A stretch of DNA of 64,000 bases from Bdellovibrionales bacterium (GCA_964230645.1 CAXRHT010000002.1:1184001-1248000), one strand, 5' to 3'; counted from the first letter of the stretch, positions 10,222 to 21,698 are shown. A program made the numbers and translations. Notes: generated by a model not told the origin, from the letters alone.

Positions 10222-10596
10222 TTAAACAGCCTTTTTCTTATTGGCGACTGTTTTCTTAGGCCCCTTACGAGTACGAGCATTTTGTTTTGAAGACTGTCCA
10301 CGCACCGGAAGACCTTTACGATGACGAAGACCACGGTAACAACCAAGATCCATTAATCGCTTGATAGACATGGAAACTTCACGACGAAGATCCCCTTCCA
10401 CTTTGTAGTTATCACTGATCATGTCACGAAGTTTTGCCACGTCGGCATCTGTGAGTTCATGAGTTCTTTTGCTTGGCTCATAACCCATCATTTTAACGAG
10501 ATCTTTAGCCCTTTTAGGACCGATTCCGTAGATGTAGGTGAGCGAAACTTCGAGTCTTTTATTGTTGGGAATATCAACACCGGAAATACGAGCCAT
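10222..10596 (-). CDS. rpsM: 30S ribosomal protein S13
   Basis: [35 protein letters not shown]. Confidence 0.98.
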   Translation of the reverse strand: MARISGVDIPNNKRLEVSLTYIYGIGPKRAKDLVKMMGYEPSKRTHELTDADVAKLRDMISDNYKVEGDLRREVSMSIKRLMDLGCYRGLRHRKGLPVRGQSSKQNARTRKGPKKTVANKKKAV

Positions 10597-10709
10597 TATC
10601 CTTGCCTTTGCTTGTGTTTAGGGTTGTTACAGATCACACGAACAATTCCTTTTCGCTTGATTACCTTGCAGTCTTTGCACATAGGTTTAACGGATGCGCG
10701 AACTTTCAT
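10596..10709 (-). CDS. rpmJ: 50S ribosomal protein L36, zinc-ribbon type (not in the ORF track)
   Basis: Manual translation [40 protein letters not shown] overlaps the rpsM ATG (TAATG). Confidence 0.97.
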   Translation of the reverse strand: MKVRASVKPMCKDCKVIKRKGIVRVICNNPKHKQRQG

Positions 10710-11023
10710 TTTCTACCTCTTCAAATCTATAAATATCTGATTTTAATCACTTTTTTAAAACTTTCTCGGCTTCAAAAAAGGCCAAAAAACTGATTAAAAT
10801 CAACTCTTTATACCCAATGGACCGCAAAACTTAACACCCTGAGAGGTCTCTCGTCCAGCAATAAATCCAATATTTTTTAAATTTTCAGCACATTTTTGAG
10901 AGCCCTTTCAGAGACCTTTTTGAGGCCACAGACTAAGGGTAATCCTTTCAAAATTGTGTGAAGGCTTCCTAGCCAGATTGAAAAGAGGACTCTCCTTCGT
11001 GAGAGGCTCTTATTTTGAGCTCA

Positions 11024-11665
11024 CTACTTCAAATAGGGCTCGAAACGGGTGAAAACCTCTTTGGGGTCTCCCAATCCGTTGATTTCGACAAATAAATTCT
11101 TTTTCTGATAGTAATCTTTTAAGGGCTCGGTGTTCTGAGCGTAAGCTTCAAGTCTTGTGGAAATGACATCTTCTGAGTCATCTTTTCTCTGGTAAATCTC
11201 GCCACCACATTTATCGCACTCCCCGTCTTTTTGAGGCGGGTTGGCTGTCACATGGTAAACGGCTCCGCACTCTTTACAAAGTCTGCGACCCGTCAGGCGC
11301 TTAACGAGGATCTCTTTCGGAACTTCCAAGAAGATCGCCTTGGTAATGGGCCTTGCGTTTACTTCTTTAATAAGCTGCTCAAGAGCTTCGGCTTGATTTG
11401 TGGTTCTTGGAAAACCATCAAAAATAAAGTCGGCATCCTTATTGGATTCAATCACCTCTTTGACAAGACCAATGGTGACACTGTCTGGAACAAGATTTCC
11501 AGAGTCGACATAGGACTTAGCTTCAAGACCCAGAGGTGTTTGATTTTTCATGGCGTTTCTAAACAGGTCACCAGTGCTAATGTGTTTGTAACTGGTTTCC
11601 TCGACCATTTTTGTAGCTTGGGTCCCTTTCCCAGCTCCGGGAGGACCAAAAAGAACGATACTCAA
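11024..11665 (-). CDS. adk: Adenylate kinase with a zinc-binding LID
   Basis: GPPGAGKGTQA, HISTGDLFR, DGFPRT, CKEC...CDKC; TTG start overlaps the secY stop. Confidence 0.97.
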   Translation of the reverse strand: MSIVLFGPPGAGKGTQATKMVEETSYKHISTGDLFRNAMKNQTPLGLEAKSYVDSGNLVPDSVTIGLVKEVIESNKDADFIFDGFPRTTNQAEALEQLIKEVNARPITKAIFLEVPKEILVKRLTGRRLCKECGAVYHVTANPPQKDGECDKCGGEIYQRKDDSEDVISTRLEAYAQNTEPLKDYYQKKNLFVEINGLGDPKEVFTRFEPYLK

Positions 11666-13002
11666 AATTGAACTCTCTTTTTACGGGGACGACGTTGGGC
11701 TTTGATAATGGCTTCGTACCGGTAGCTGTTTACCTTTTCAATCATTTGAATCGCAACACCCACAAGGATCAGAAGGCTGGTTCCACCGAAGTAAAAGGGA
11801 ACATTGAGTCTAGCAATCAAAAGGGTTGGTAAAATACACACAGCACTGAGGTAAATGGCTCCGGCCACATTCACACGCTCCATCACTTTGGAGATGTAAT
11901 TGGCCGTACTTTTACCAGCACGAATTCCGGGAATAAATTTTCCAGACTTTTTCAAGTTGTCTGCGATCTCCTGAGGAGGGAAGACAATTTCTGTGTAGAA
12001 AAAGCAGAAGAAAACAATAAGTGCGATAAATAAAATATTATAGAGACCACCACCTGTTGGGCTTAAGGGGTTCATATAGTCTTGAAGAACTTGAACCCAA
12101 GCCGCATCAGAGAAGCTTGAAATGGTTGCAGGCATCATAAGAATGGAGCTTGCAAAAATAGGAGGAATCACACCTGATGGATTCACTTTAATTGGAAAAT
12201 AACTTCCCATCATCTGACCTTTTCCACCACCCTTCTGGGAGACGTGGATGGGAAGACGACGCTGGGAGACTTCCATAAAAATAATGAAGGCGACCACTGC
12301 GACCATGAAAGCTAGAAGCATCAGGGCAACAAGACCGTTGATTTGATTATTTGAAACAAGGGTATAAAGCCCCATGGCACCACTTGGAATACCTGCAGCG
12401 ATCCCCGCATAAATGATTAAACTGGCCCCTTCACCGATTCCAAATTCTGAAATCTGCTCACCAAGCCACATGATAAAACATGTACCTGCAACAAGGGTGA
12501 TGATCGTCATCACCTGAAAAGGAATGGCTCCCACTTGCGGGTAATAAAGAGCTTCACCAGAAGGACCACTTTGTCCCATAAGCCAGCTTGAAATGGCATA
12601 ACCTTGGACTGTGGCAAGAACCACTGTGGACCAACGCGTGTATTGAGTGATTTTTTTCTGACCGGACTGGCCCTCTTTTTTGAGTTGCTCTAAGTAAGGA
12701 ATTGTAGCGGTAAGAAGCTGGAAAATGATCGATGCTGAAATGTAAGGCATGATCCCGAGAGCAAAAACACTAAATTGGTTTAAGGCTCCACCGGTAAAGG
12801 TATTGAATAATCCAAAAAGTCCGCCCTGACCTTCAAAGAAGGACTGAACCACATCACCATTGATACCTGGAGTGGGCACGTGAACCCCCAACCGGTAAAT
12901 TAACAGACAAAATAATGTGAATAGTAAGCGTCTACGGAGGTCTTCGTTTTGCAGAAGACCTTCTGCTGACCCCATCTGTGCGTTTGATGATGCTGTTGCC
13001 AC
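11662..13002 (-). CDS. secY: Preprotein translocase SecY
   Basis: FALGIMPYISASII, WLGEQI, IPGIRAG, FGGTSLLILVGV; multiple TMs. Confidence 0.97.
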   Translation of the reverse strand: MATASSNAQMGSAEGLLQNEDLRRRLLFTLFCLLIYRLGVHVPTPGINGDVVQSFFEGQGGLFGLFNTFTGGALNQFSVFALGIMPYISASIIFQLLTATIPYLEQLKKEGQSGQKKITQYTRWSTVVLATVQGYAISSWLMGQSGPSGEALYYPQVGAIPFQVMTIITLVAGTCFIMWLGEQISEFGIGEGASLIIYAGIAAGIPSGAMGLYTLVSNNQINGLVALMLLAFMVAVVAFIIFMEVSQRRLPIHVSQKGGGKGQMMGSYFPIKVNPSGVIPPIFASSILMMPATISSFSDAAWVQVLQDYMNPLSPTGGGLYNILFIALIVFFCFFYTEIVFPPQEIADNLKKSGKFIPGIRAGKSTANYISKVMERVNVAGAIYLSAVCILPTLLIARLNVPFYFGGTSLLILVGVAIQMIEKVNSYRYEAIIKAQRRPRKKRVQF

Positions 13003-13130
13003 TAGTGCCCTTCCAAGTTAGCTATTTTCAATGATGCTAGCACAACTGAATCTGAGTCTTTTTATAGCTGTGCTTTTTGAAGCACCTTGAAAAACCCCTA
13101 TTTCCGAGTGCTCAGCCGTTTGGTCATCAA

Positions 13131-13568
13131 TTAGATGACTTCAGCTGTTCCACCTGCTTTTTCAATCTCTGCTTTTGCTGACTCACTAAATTTGTGGGCT
13201 TTTACGGTCAAAGACTTCTCAAGTTTTCCTTTAGCTAAAACTTTAAGCTTTTCCGTTTTTTTCATGTAACCCTTTTCAACGAGGGTCTCTGGAGTCACAT
13301 CCCCATCATACTTATTAAGATCAGCGAGATTGATGATAACATAGTTGTTTTTAAAATCTGTATTTTTAAAACCGAATTTAGGAAGGCGTCTTTGAAGGGG
13401 CATTTGTCCACCCTCAAACCCCCAGCGGATTTTACCACCGGATCTGGCTTTTTGACCTTTGTGGCCTTTCCCAGCGGTTCCGCCCCAGTTGGACCCATCA
13501 CCGCGACCGACTCTCTTTTTCTTGTGCGTTGCGCCTTTGTTGGGCGCCAATTCAGATAACAAACTCAT
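13131..13568 (-). CDS. rplO: 50S ribosomal protein L15
   Basis: [30 protein letters not shown]. Confidence 0.98.
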   Translation of the reverse strand: MSLLSELAPNKGATHKKKRVGRGDGSNWGGTAGKGHKGQKARSGGKIRWGFEGGQMPLQRRLPKFGFKNTDFKNNYVIINLADLNKYDGDVTPETLVEKGYMKKTEKLKVLAKGKLEKSLTVKAHKFSESAKAEIEKAGGTAEVI

Positions 13569-13569
13569 T

Positions 13570-13755
13570 TTACTTCTCCACTTTTACATCGAGTAGGTGT
13601 TGAACTTTTAAGATTTGTCCACGAGTGGCTGGACTGTCAGCAACAACGACTTCAGACTCACGTTTTCTTAGGCCAAGACAACGTACTGTATCTTTTTGAG
13701 TCTGAGTACTTCCGATTAAACTTCTTTTTAATTTCACTCTAAATTGCTTAGCCAT
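13570..13755 (-). CDS. rpmD: 50S ribosomal protein L30
   Basis: [26 protein letters not shown]; located between rpsE and rplO. Confidence 0.95.
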   Translation of the reverse strand: MAKQFRVKLKRSLIGSTQTQKDTVRCLGLRKRESEVVVADSPATRGQILKVQHLLDVKVEK

Positions 13756-13778
13756 TTTCTTATTCCTTCAACGTTTAC

Positions 13779-14243
13779 TTATTTATAAGTTGATACAAAC
13801 TCTTTTCCTTGGAGCTGAGTCAATCCATTCAGTGTGGCTCTAAGAGCGTTATTAGGATTTCGAGTTCCTACACACTTGGTTAAGATATCTTTTACTCCAA
13901 CAGACTCAAGGATCGCACGAACAGGTCCACCCGCGATAACTCCTGTACCAGGGGCTGCCGGTCTCATGATCACTCGAGCCGCTCCGAACTCACCCACAAC
14001 TTCGTGAGCGATTGTTCTTCCCTCAACAAGGGGAAGATCAACAAAATGCTTTTTTGCTGAACGTGATGCTTTACCGATGGCTTCGGGAACCTCACCGGCT
14101 TTACCCATTCCAAATCCAACACTTCCGTGTCCATTTCCAACCACCACTAGGGCAGAGAAAGAAAATCGACGACCACCTTTTACCACTTTGGCCACACGTC
14201 GGATTGAAACAACTCTTTCTTCGTATTCTGGCATTTCTTGCAT
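13779..14243 (-). CDS. rpsE: 30S ribosomal protein S5
   Basis: [33 protein letters not shown]; true start MQEMPE after a GGAGA SD. Confidence 0.97.
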   Translation of the reverse strand: MQEMPEYEERVVSIRRVAKVVKGGRRFSFSALVVVGNGHGSVGFGMGKAGEVPEAIGKASRSAKKHFVDLPLVEGRTIAHEVVGEFGAARVIMRPAAPGTGVIAGGPVRAILESVGVKDILTKCVGTRNPNNALRATLNGLTQLQGKEFVSTYK

Positions 14244-14253
14244 CAAATTCTCC

Positions 14254-14622
14254 CTAAACCTGTAGGCCCGCTTCGCGAGCGCCTTCAGCCACTGACTTAA
14301 TTCTTCCATGGTAAATGTAACCACTTCTATCAAAGACAGCTTTGTTGATATTCTTTTCTTTAGCTCTTTCAGCAATAAGCTTACCGATTTCTTTTGCCGC
14401 TTCACAACCTCGAGTCTTCATTTTGTCTTGAAGAGTGGAAGCGCTTGCAAGTGTCTCACCCGTTACATCGTCGATCATTTGAGCGTAGATGTTTTTAGTG
14501 CTTTTATAGACACAAAGTCTTGGACGAACTTCATCACCCCAAACTTTCTTTCTAAGCTTTAATCTCTTTTTAGTACGAAGCTTTAAACGATTGCTCCATT
14601 TTCTTTTTATTGTTGCTCGCAT
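14254..14622 (-). CDS. rplR: 50S ribosomal protein L18
   Basis: [31 protein letters not shown]. Confidence 0.97.
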   Translation of the reverse strand: MRATIKRKWSNRLKLRTKKRLKLRKKVWGDEVRPRLCVYKSTKNIYAQMIDDVTGETLASASTLQDKMKTRGCEAAKEIGKLIAERAKEKNINKAVFDRSGYIYHGRIKSVAEGAREAGLQV

Positions 14623-14639
14623 TTTTAACCTCTTAAGCT

Positions 14640-15182
14640 CTACTTACCAGCTGATTTTCCTTCCTTACGGCGGATTTTTTCGTCGGAGTAACGAATTCCC
14701 TTACCGAGGAAAGGCTCTGGTGGACGATAATTTCTAATTTTAGCGGCGACTTGCCCTACCTGCTCTTTACTAGCTCCAGTAATATGAACAGTAGTTTGTT
14801 TTTCAACCTTAACTTCAATCCCTTCAGGAATAGGGAAATTAACCGGGTGAGAAAAACCAATGGAAAGTTCCAAATTTTTTCCAGAAACAGAAGATCTGTA
14901 CCCAACACCGTTGAGGATCAAAGTTTTTGTAAAACCTTCTGAGACTCCAGTAACAGCATTTTGAACGAGCGAACGATAAAGTCCATGGAGAGCTCGACCT
15001 TTTGGAGTTTCTTCGAGTCTTTCAATGACGACTTTGTTCCCATCAACTGTTGCTTTCACTTGAGGAAGCATTTTTACAGTTTGCGTACTTTTACCACCCT
15101 TAACGATAACTTCGTTTTCAGGAGTAACAGTCACATTGACCTTACTATCGAATTCCACAGGATATTTACCAATTCGCGACAT
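14640..15182 (-). CDS. rplF: 50S ribosomal protein L6
   Basis: [24 protein letters not shown]. Confidence 0.98.
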   Translation of the reverse strand: MSRIGKYPVEFDSKVNVTVTPENEVIVKGGKSTQTVKMLPQVKATVDGNKVVIERLEETPKGRALHGLYRSLVQNAVTGVSEGFTKTLILNGVGYRSSVSGKNLELSIGFSHPVNFPIPEGIEVKVEKQTTVHITGASKEQVGQVAAKIRNYRPPEPFLGKGIRYSDEKIRRKEGKSAGK

Positions 15183-15189
15183 ATCTCAC

Positions 15190-15579
15190 CTACCAAACAA
15201 CACAGAGTATCTCGCCACCAACATTTTGTTCTTTGGCTTGGCCAGCACTCAAAATTCCATTACTTGTACTTAAAATTGCAAGTCCATATCCCGCACGAAT
15301 GTTTGGAACATCAGACGCCTTCACATACTGACGACGGCTGGGCTTGCTGTATCTTTTCATTCTAGAAATGGCTGGTTTACCTTCGTCATTGTACTTAAGG
15401 TAAACACGCATCATTCCCTGCTTGCTATCTTTAACTGTTTTAAAATTACTGATGTAATTTTGCTCTTTCAAAACCTTGGCGATCCCTTGTCTCATGTTGG
15501 AAGCGGGAACATCCACCTTTTCGTGGCGGGCGCCGTGGGCATTTCTAATTCTTGTGAGAAAATCTCCAATAGTATCCAC
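15190..15579 (-). CDS. rpsH: 30S ribosomal protein S8
   Basis: DTIGDFLTRIRNA, SKPSRRQY, GGEILCVVW. Confidence 0.98.
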   Translation of the reverse strand: MDTIGDFLTRIRNAHGARHEKVDVPASNMRQGIAKVLKEQNYISNFKTVKDSKQGMMRVYLKYNDEGKPAISRMKRYSKPSRRQYVKASDVPNIRAGYGLAILSTSNGILSAGQAKEQNVGGEILCVVW

Positions 15580-15590
15580 GATTCTACTCC

Positions 15591-15776
15591 TTACCAGCTC
15601 GACTTTGTTACACCGGGAATCATACCTTTCCCAGCTAGATCACGAAAACAGATACGACACATTTGAAACTTGCGCATATATCCACGAGGTCGTCCGCAAC
15701 ATCTACAGCGGTTGACTTGTCTCACTTTGAACTTTGGCTTTCTCTGAGCCTTTACGATCATTGCTAATCGAGCCAT
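15591..15776 (-). CDS. rpsN: 30S ribosomal protein S14, type Z (zinc-binding)
   Basis: 61 aa; [25 protein letters not shown]. Confidence 0.97.
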   Translation of the reverse strand: MARLAMIVKAQRKPKFKVRQVNRCRCCGRPRGYMRKFQMCRICFRDLAGKGMIPGVTKSSW

Positions 15777-15788
15777 AAAATAATTCTC

Positions 15789-16328
15789 CTACTTCCTGAA
15801 AGGAAAACCGAAACCATCTAGTAAGGCCTTCCCCTGTGCATCGTCTTTTGCTGTCGTACAAATCGTGATGTTCATTCCACGAACTTTATCGACTTTGTCA
15901 TAGTTAATCTCTGGAAAAACAATTTGCTCTTTTAAGCCCATATTGTAGTTCCCGCGTCCATCAAAACCTTTAGGAGGCATTCCTCTGAAGTCTCTTACAC
16001 GTGGTAAAGAAACAGAGATTAAGCGGTCAAGAAAAGCCCACATTCTCTCTCTTCTTAAAGTAACAGTCACTCCAAGTGGCATCCCTTCACGAAGTTTCCA
16101 GTTCGCAAGAGATTTTTTGGCTTTAGTGATCACCGCTTTTTGTCCAGTGATTGTTGTAATTTCGTCAGCCGCTGTGTTTAAAACTTTTGAGTTTTGAACA
16201 GCATCGGGAAGACAGCTACTCACAACAATCTTTGTGATCCGAGGGACTTCCATTGAATTCTTCAACCCCAAGGATTTTTTTAATCCTGGGCCTACATCTT
16301 TCTGATATTTTTCTTGTAAACGGTTCAC
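15789..16328 (-). CDS. rplE: 50S ribosomal protein L5
   Basis: [28 protein letters not shown]. Confidence 0.98.
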   Translation of the reverse strand: MNRLQEKYQKDVGPGLKKSLGLKNSMEVPRITKIVVSSCLPDAVQNSKVLNTAADEITTITGQKAVITKAKKSLANWKLREGMPLGVTVTLRRERMWAFLDRLISVSLPRVRDFRGMPPKGFDGRGNYNMGLKEQIVFPEINYDKVDKVRGMNITICTTAKDDAQGKALLDGFGFPFRK

Positions 16329-16344
16329 TTTACACCTCTTCCAA

Positions 16345-16713
16345 TTACAACACTTCGGGAGCGAGCGAGATAATTTTCACAAACGATCTTGCACGCAACT
16401 CTCTAGCCACGGGTCCAAAGATACGAGTTCCAACGGGCTCTTTATTTTGGTTTACTAATACGGCAGCGTTATCATCAAAACGGATATAAGATCCATCGGG
16501 ACGTCGAATCTGCTTTTTCGTTCTCACGATCACAGCTTTAGCCACTTCCCCTTTTTTTACTTTAGAGGTTGGTAGAGCTGATTTCACAGAAACCACAACG
16601 ATGTCTCCAACAGAGGCCGTTCTTCTTTTTGAGCCACCAATTACTTTAATACACTGAACTTCTTTAGCGCCTGAATTATCAGCCACTCTCATTCGCGATT
16701 GCATTTGGATCAT
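16345..16713 (-). CDS. rplN: 50S ribosomal protein L14
   Basis: [36 protein letters not shown]. Confidence 0.98.
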   Translation of the reverse strand: MIQMQSRMRVADNSGAKEVQCIKVIGGSKRRTASVGDIVVVSVKSALPTSKVKKGEVAKAVIVRTKKQIRRPDGSYIRFDDNAAVLVNQNKEPVGTRIFGPVARELRARSFVKIISLAPEVL

Positions 16714-16988
16714 TGCACTTCTCCTAATCTTGAAGTCTCAACAACTTCAGCGAGCTTCCAGCGCTTTGTTTTACTAAGAGCTCTTGATTCAACGATTCTC
16801 ACAGTATCGCCAATCTTGGCTTCATTTTTCTCGTCATGGGCTTTGAACACAGATGTTCTACGCACATATTTTCCATATTTTTTGTGCTTAACAACACGGT
16901 AAACCTGAACTTTCAGAGTCTTATCCATTTTGTCGCTGATCACTTGGCCTGTGACTTCATTTCTTCTACCACGTGTGGATTCAGTCAT
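16710..16988 (-). CDS. rpsQ: 30S ribosomal protein S17
   Basis: [28 protein letters not shown]. Confidence 0.97.
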   Translation of the reverse strand: MTESTRGRRNEVTGQVISDKMDKTLKVQVYRVVKHKKYGKYVRRTSVFKAHDEKNEAKIGDTVRIVESRALSKTKRWKLAEVVETSRLGEVQ

Positions 16989-16996
16989 TTTCTACC

Positions 16997-17194
16997 TCAA
17001 TTACCCTGTTTAGTGTTCATGGTTAAAGCCGTTCGTAATTGAGCGTTTTCTCTTCTCATGTCACGAATGGAAATAGGGTTTGTTAATTGCCCCATGGCAT
17101 TTTTCATTTTTGCTTCGAACATCTTTTGTTTGTTGTCGCGAATTCTTTTGTGAAGCTCAACAGCACTTAAATTTTTTATATCCTCAAACTTCAT
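16997..17194 (-). CDS. rpmC: 50S ribosomal protein L29
   Basis: 65 aa; GQLTNPISIRDMRRENAQLRT; located between rplP and rpsQ. Confidence 0.93.
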   Translation of the reverse strand: MKFEDIKNLSAVELHKRIRDNKQKMFEAKMKNAMGQLTNPISIRDMRRENAQLRTALTMNTKQGN

Positions 17195-17196
17195 TT

Positions 17197-17613
17197 TTAA
17201 ACCTCAACTTCTCTCGAGACAAATTTTGTCTTAAACGGCATTTTAGAACCGGCAAGACGGAAAGCCTCTTGTGCTTGTTCTTTTGTTACACCATTGATCT
17301 CAAAAAGGACTTGTCCTGGACGAACCACAGCGGCCCAGTACTCAGGGCTTCCTTTACCTTTACCCATTCGAACCTCAGCTGGCTTTTTAGAAATGGGCTT
17401 GTGAGGGAAAACGCGGATCCATACTTTTCCGCCCCTTTTCACGCTACGGCTAATGGCAATACGAGCGGACTCAATCTGACGAGATGTCATCCAGGCATCA
17501 CCCATAGCTTGCAGTCCGTAATCACCAAAAGCGACAGAACTACCGCGGTTAGCAAAACCTTTACGACGACCTTTATGCTGTCTTCTCCATTTGACTCTCT
17601 TAGGACTTAACAC
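17197..17613 (-). CDS. rplP: 50S ribosomal protein L16
   Basis: GTG start (M)[21 protein letters not shown]; overlaps the rpsC stop. Confidence 0.97.
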   Translation of the reverse strand: MLSPKRVKWRRQHKGRRKGFANRGSSVAFGDYGLQAMGDAWMTSRQIESARIAISRSVKRGGKVWIRVFPHKPISKKPAEVRMGKGKGSPEYWAAVVRPGQVLFEINGVTKEQAQEAFRLAGSKMPFKTKFVSREVEV

Positions 17614-18265
17614 GGCCTGCCTCCTCAACTTCTTTTTGGGAAAGAACGTCACCTTTGTAGATCCAAACTTTTAGTCCGATGATCCCGTAAGTGGTTTCCG
17701 CTTCTGCTGTACCATAATCAATATCAGCTCTTAGCGTGTGAAGAGGAACTGACTTCTCGTTGTACCACTCGGTACGTGCGATCTCAGCTCCATCAAGGCG
17801 TCCAGAAACCTGAACTTTTACCCCACGAACTCCGCCACGAATGGCTGAAGCGATGGCTTTCTTAAGAGCTCTTCTCCAAGAAATACGCTTTTCCAACTGA
17901 ATGGCGATGTTTTGGGCCACGAGTTGAGCATCCACATCCGGCTTTCTTACTTCCTGGATGTTTACGCGTACTTCGTTGGGAGTCATTTTTTGAAGCTCAT
18001 CTCTGAGAGCATCAATTCCAGCACCCTTTTTCCCGATAACGACACCAGGACGAGCTGTAGAGATAATGACCTTGAGCTTATTGGCGGCTCTTTCCATTTC
18101 GATTTTTGCCACACCCGCATGCTTAAGTTTGCCCATGAGGTGCTTTCTAAGTTTTACGTCTTCATGAAGTTGATCGGCGTAGAGATTCCCTTCGGCGAAC
18201 CAACGGCTCTCCCAGGTTCTGATAACTCCAACTCTTAAACTGATAGGATTAACCTTCTGACCCAT
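17600..18265 (-). CDS. rpsC: 30S ribosomal protein S3
   Basis: [39 protein letters not shown]. Confidence 0.98.
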   Translation of the reverse strand: MGQKVNPISLRVGVIRTWESRWFAEGNLYADQLHEDVKLRKHLMGKLKHAGVAKIEMERAANKLKVIISTARPGVVIGKKGAGIDALRDELQKMTPNEVRVNIQEVRKPDVDAQLVAQNIAIQLEKRISWRRALKKAIASAIRGGVRGVKVQVSGRLDGAEIARTEWYNEKSVPLHTLRADIDYGTAEAETTYGIIGLKVWIYKGDVLSQKEVEEAGRVKS

Positions 18266-18270
18266 GAATA

Positions 18271-18603
18271 CTACCTTTCATCCAATACTAAACTTATGTG
18301 ACTCGACTTCTTTTTAATAACAAAGGCACGACCTTGAGCGCGTGGTTGATAGCGCTTCATAAAAGGGCCTTTATCAATCATGATCTCTTTGATGTAGAGA
18401 TTATCAATATCGATCACTTCTTTTTGGTCCGCATTGGCTACAGCCGACTCAACCAATTTCTTAATAATCATTGATGGTTTCTTGTTATCGTAGGTCAACA
18501 TACGGATGGCTTCGTTAACCATCTTTCCACGAACCATATCGGCTACGATTCGGGCTTTCTGATCACCTACTTTTGCAAATTTAACACTCGCTTTAACTTC
18601 CAT
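18271..18603 (-). CDS. rplV: 50S ribosomal protein L22
   Basis: [28 protein letters not shown]. Confidence 0.97.
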   Translation of the reverse strand: MEVKASVKFAKVGDQKARIVADMVRGKMVNEAIRMLTYDNKKPSMIIKKLVESAVANADQKEVIDIDNLYIKEIMIDKGPFMKRYQPRAQGRAFVIKKKSSHISLVLDER

Positions 18604-18610
18604 GACTTAC

Positions 18611-18880
18611 CTACTTCTTTTTCTTCTCTGCGTGACCGTGGAAAGTTCTTGTGTTGGCGAACTCTCCCAGTTTGTGTCCGATCATGTTTTCGTTAACAAA
18701 AACAGGAACAAATTTTCTTCCGTTATGTACAGCAAGAGTCAGTCCGATCATCTCTGGTAAGATTGTCGAACGACGTGACCAAGTTTTAATTGCTTTTTTG
18801 TCTCCGCCTTCCGTTGCGTTAACCACTTTCTTCATCAAGTGATCGTCAACAAAAGGTCCTTTTTTCATAGAGCGTGCCAC
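18611..18880 (-). CDS. rpsS: 30S ribosomal protein S19
   Basis: [24 protein letters not shown]. Confidence 0.98.
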   Translation of the reverse strand: MARSMKKGPFVDDHLMKKVVNATEGGDKKAIKTWSRRSTILPEMIGLTLAVHNGRKFVPVFVNENMIGHKLGEFANTRTFHGHAEKKKK

Positions 18881-18891
18881 GTGCTATCTCC

Positions 18892-19722
18892 TTACTTCTT
18901 CTTGTTCTTACGACGTTTAACAATAAAACGGTCTGTGGATTTATTATGACGAGTGCGATGACCTTTACATGGTTTACCCCAAGGTGTGGTTGGGTGATTC
19001 CCTTTACCACGTCCTTCACCACCACCCATGGGGTGATCGACAGGGTTCATAGCCATACCGCGAACGCTCGGTCGGATACCCTTCCAACGTGTTCGTCCCG
19101 CCTTACCAGTCGTTACATTTTCATTATCCGTGTTTCCAACCTGACCAACGGTAGCTCGGCAAACACTTAATACTTCACGAACCTCACCAGAAGGCAATTT
19201 GACCTGAGCCATTTTACCCACGCGGCCTACAAGAACGGCTTCCGTTCCAGCGCCTCGGCAAAGTTGTCCGCCTTTTCCAGGACGAAGTTCCACATTGTGG
19301 ATGATCGTTCCAACAGGCATCTCAGAAAGCTTTTTGCTGTTTCCTGGCTTGATATCAGCATCTGCAGAAGAAACCACTTCTGCTCCGACAGCCAAACCAA
19401 CAGGAGCAATAATATAGGACTTAGCTCCATCGGCGTAGTTAAGAAGAGCGATTCGGCAAGATCTGTTTGGATCGTACTCGATGGCTACAACTTTAGCGGG
19501 AACATCAAGTTTGTCGCGGTGAAAATCAATCACACGATATTTTTTCTTATGTCCACCACCTTGGTGCCGCATGGTAATGCGTCCGTAGTTGTTACGGGCT
19601 CCAGTTCTTTTCAGCGACTTGGTTAATGACTTTTCTGGTTTATCTTTAGTGATTTCACTAAAATCAAACCCGGTCATCCCACGTCGTCCGGGACTTGTTG
19701 GGCGAAACTTTTTAATACCCAT
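18892..19722 (-). CDS. rplB: 50S ribosomal protein L2
   Basis: [31 protein letters not shown]. Confidence 0.98.
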   Translation of the reverse strand: MGIKKFRPTSPGRRGMTGFDFSEITKDKPEKSLTKSLKRTGARNNYGRITMRHQGGGHKKKYRVIDFHRDKLDVPAKVVAIEYDPNRSCRIALLNYADGAKSYIIAPVGLAVGAEVVSSADADIKPGNSKKLSEMPVGTIIHNVELRPGKGGQLCRGAGTEAVLVGRVGKMAQVKLPSGEVREVLSVCRATVGQVGNTDNENVTTGKAGRTRWKGIRPSVRGMAMNPVDHPMGGGEGRGKGNHPTTPWGKPCKGHRTRHNKSTDRFIVKRRKNKKK

Positions 19723-19724
19723 CT

Positions 19725-20003
19725 TTACGCTCCCTCAAAAATCGAAATTTTTTGGCCTTTCGCCAATTTTACATACGCTTTCTTTTTGTACTTCGGAGGA
19801 CCGAAACGAGCGTATCGCTTCAACCAACGAGTTCTGTAAATTAAGGTACGAACATCTGTGACCTTAACGTCGAAAGCTTTTTCTACTGCTTGTCTTACAT
19901 CTGTTTTTGTTGCGCCTTTTTGAACTTCAAACACATAAGTATCGAAGTCTCCATAAGCGGAGGATTTCTCAGTCAAAAGTGGCTTTTTGATTACATCATA
20001 CAT
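19725..20003 (-). CDS. rplW: 50S ribosomal protein L23
   Basis: [32 protein letters not shown]. Confidence 0.96.
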   Translation of the reverse strand: MYDVIKKPLLTEKSSAYGDFDTYVFEVQKGATKTDVRQAVEKAFDVKVTDVRTLIYRTRWLKRYARFGPPKYKKKAYVKLAKGQKISIFEGA

Positions 20004-20629
20004 TACTGCACCCCACACTTTTTAGCGACTTTCTCTAAAGAGGCTTGCGAAAGAATCACAGCATCGTATTTAAGAAGGTCATAAACATTTAGACCTTCAA
20101 CGGTGTTGTAGCGAGCTTTTGGCAAATTACGGCTCGCTCTTGCAAACATCTCATCTTCTTTGTCGTCAATAATAAGAACTTTTTCTACGTCAAACTTTTT
20201 AAGCCTTGTAGCGAGCTCTTTTGTTTTTCCGTCTTTTGATGTCATTTCATCAACCACGAAAAAACGTCCCTCTTTATAAAGGTAAGAAAGAGCGGAACGA
20301 AGACCTAACTGCTTCAACTTCTTATTGACGTTGAAAGAGTAATCACGAGGGTGAGGTCCGTGAATCACAGAACCACCTCTCAAGAGAGGAGAACGAATAG
20401 ACCCCTGTCTCGCGTTTCCTGTTCCTTTTTGCTTATATGGCTTTTTACCACCACCGCTGACGTCACCACGATTTTGTGTGTCGTGAGTACCAGCTCTGCG
20501 GGAGGCCAACTGCCAACGAACAAGAGTGTGAAGAACATCCTTACGGATTTCCTCATTGATCATTTTGTCAGGAACTTCTACAGAACCTGCCTTACTTTTT
20601 TTCCAATCGAGAACTTCTAAACTAGCCAT
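20003..20629 (-). CDS. rplD: 50S ribosomal protein L4
   Basis: GGGKKPYKQKGTGNARQGSIRSP, GPHPRDY. Confidence 0.98.
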   Translation of the reverse strand: MASLEVLDWKKSKAGSVEVPDKMINEEIRKDVLHTLVRWQLASRRAGTHDTQNRGDVSGGGKKPYKQKGTGNARQGSIRSPLLRGGSVIHGPHPRDYSFNVNKKLKQLGLRSALSYLYKEGRFFVVDEMTSKDGKTKELATRLKKFDVEKVLIIDDKEDEMFARASRNLPKARYNTVEGLNVYDLLKYDAVILSQASLEKVAKKCGVQ

Positions 20630-20637
20630 GATTCAAC

Positions 20638-21369
20638 TCACCCTTGTTTCTGCAATCTCACAAGACCGTTGCGCGCACCAGGAACTGGCCCTTTTACAAG
20701 AAGAAGACCCTCTTCTGCTTGCACATCAACGATTTCCACATTTTTAATAGTTACTTTTTCGTCACCCATGTGACCTGGCATTTTACGCCCAGGCATCACT
20801 CGCCCAGGAAAGGTACAGTTACCAATGGATCCTGGCTGACGATGAAAGGTCGAACCGTGTGAAGCCGGACCACCACCAAAGTTGTAGCGCTTCATAGTTC
20901 CAGCAAAACCACGCCCTTTTGACTTGGCAGTGAGCTTTACTTTTTGACCTTTTTCAAAACAAGTCACATCAACTTCTTGTCCAAGAGAAACTCCCTCAGG
21001 AAGCTCTTGTCTGATTTCTTTTGTGTAACGAGCCCCATTTTTACCGCCAACGGCTTTAAGGTGACCCTTTTCCGCTTTGGACATCTTCTTTTCTGCTCTT
21101 TCTAAGAGTGAAATTTGAATAGCGGAGTATTTGTCTTTTTCTTTGTTTTTGATCTGAGTCACAGTCCAAGGCTTAACCTTTAGAACTGTTACAGGGATTT
21201 GATTGCCTTTGTCGTTATAGACTGTGGCCATTCCAACTTTGAATCCGTACATACCATTGAGCACGACCGTTTTACTTGGTGTGGCTTCTTGAGTGGATTC
21301 TTCTTTATTCTCAGCGGAAGCCTGTGTCTGTTCTTCGACAACCTCTTCCGGTTTATTTTCTTCGCTCAT
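20638..21369 (-). CDS. rplC: 50S ribosomal protein L3 with an acidic N-terminal extension
   Basis: KVGM, SKGRGFAGTMKR, HRQPGSIG, KMPGHMG, KGPVPG. Confidence 0.98.
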   Translation of the reverse strand: MSEENKPEEVVEEQTQASAENKEESTQEATPSKTVVLNGMYGFKVGMATVYNDKGNQIPVTVLKVKPWTVTQIKNKEKDKYSAIQISLLERAEKKMSKAEKGHLKAVGGKNGARYTKEIRQELPEGVSLGQEVDVTCFEKGQKVKLTAKSKGRGFAGTMKRYNFGGGPASHGSTFHRQPGSIGNCTFPGRVMPGRKMPGHMGDEKVTIKNVEIVDVQAEEGLLLVKGPVPGARNGLVRLQKQG

Positions 21370-21380
21370 CTCTCATACCT

Positions 21381-21698
21381 CTATTCAGCAGAAAGTTTAA
21401 TTTCAACATCAACACCCGCGGACAAATCTAACTTCATAAGTTGATCAATTGTTTGCTGGGTAGGCTCCAAAATATCTAATAGTCTTTTATGTGTTCTAAT
21501 CTCAAATTGTTCACGAGACTTTTTGTCCACGTGCGGAGATCTGAGGATTGTATAACGGTTCTTCTTTGTAGGAAGAGGGATAGGTCCCGCGATTCTAGCA
21601 CCCGTGCGACGAGCTGTATCCACAATCTCTCGAGTCGATTGATCCAACAACTTGTGATCAAATGCCTTTAAACGTATACGTATTTTTTGACTCTGCAT
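21381..21698 (-). CDS. rpsJ: 30S ribosomal protein S10
   Basis: [37 protein letters not shown]. Confidence 0.98.
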   Translation of the reverse strand: MQSQKIRIRLKAFDHKLLDQSTREIVDTARRTGARIAGPIPLPTKKNRYTILRSPHVDKKSREQFEIRTHKRLLDILEPTQQTIDQLMKLDLSAGVDVEIKLSAE

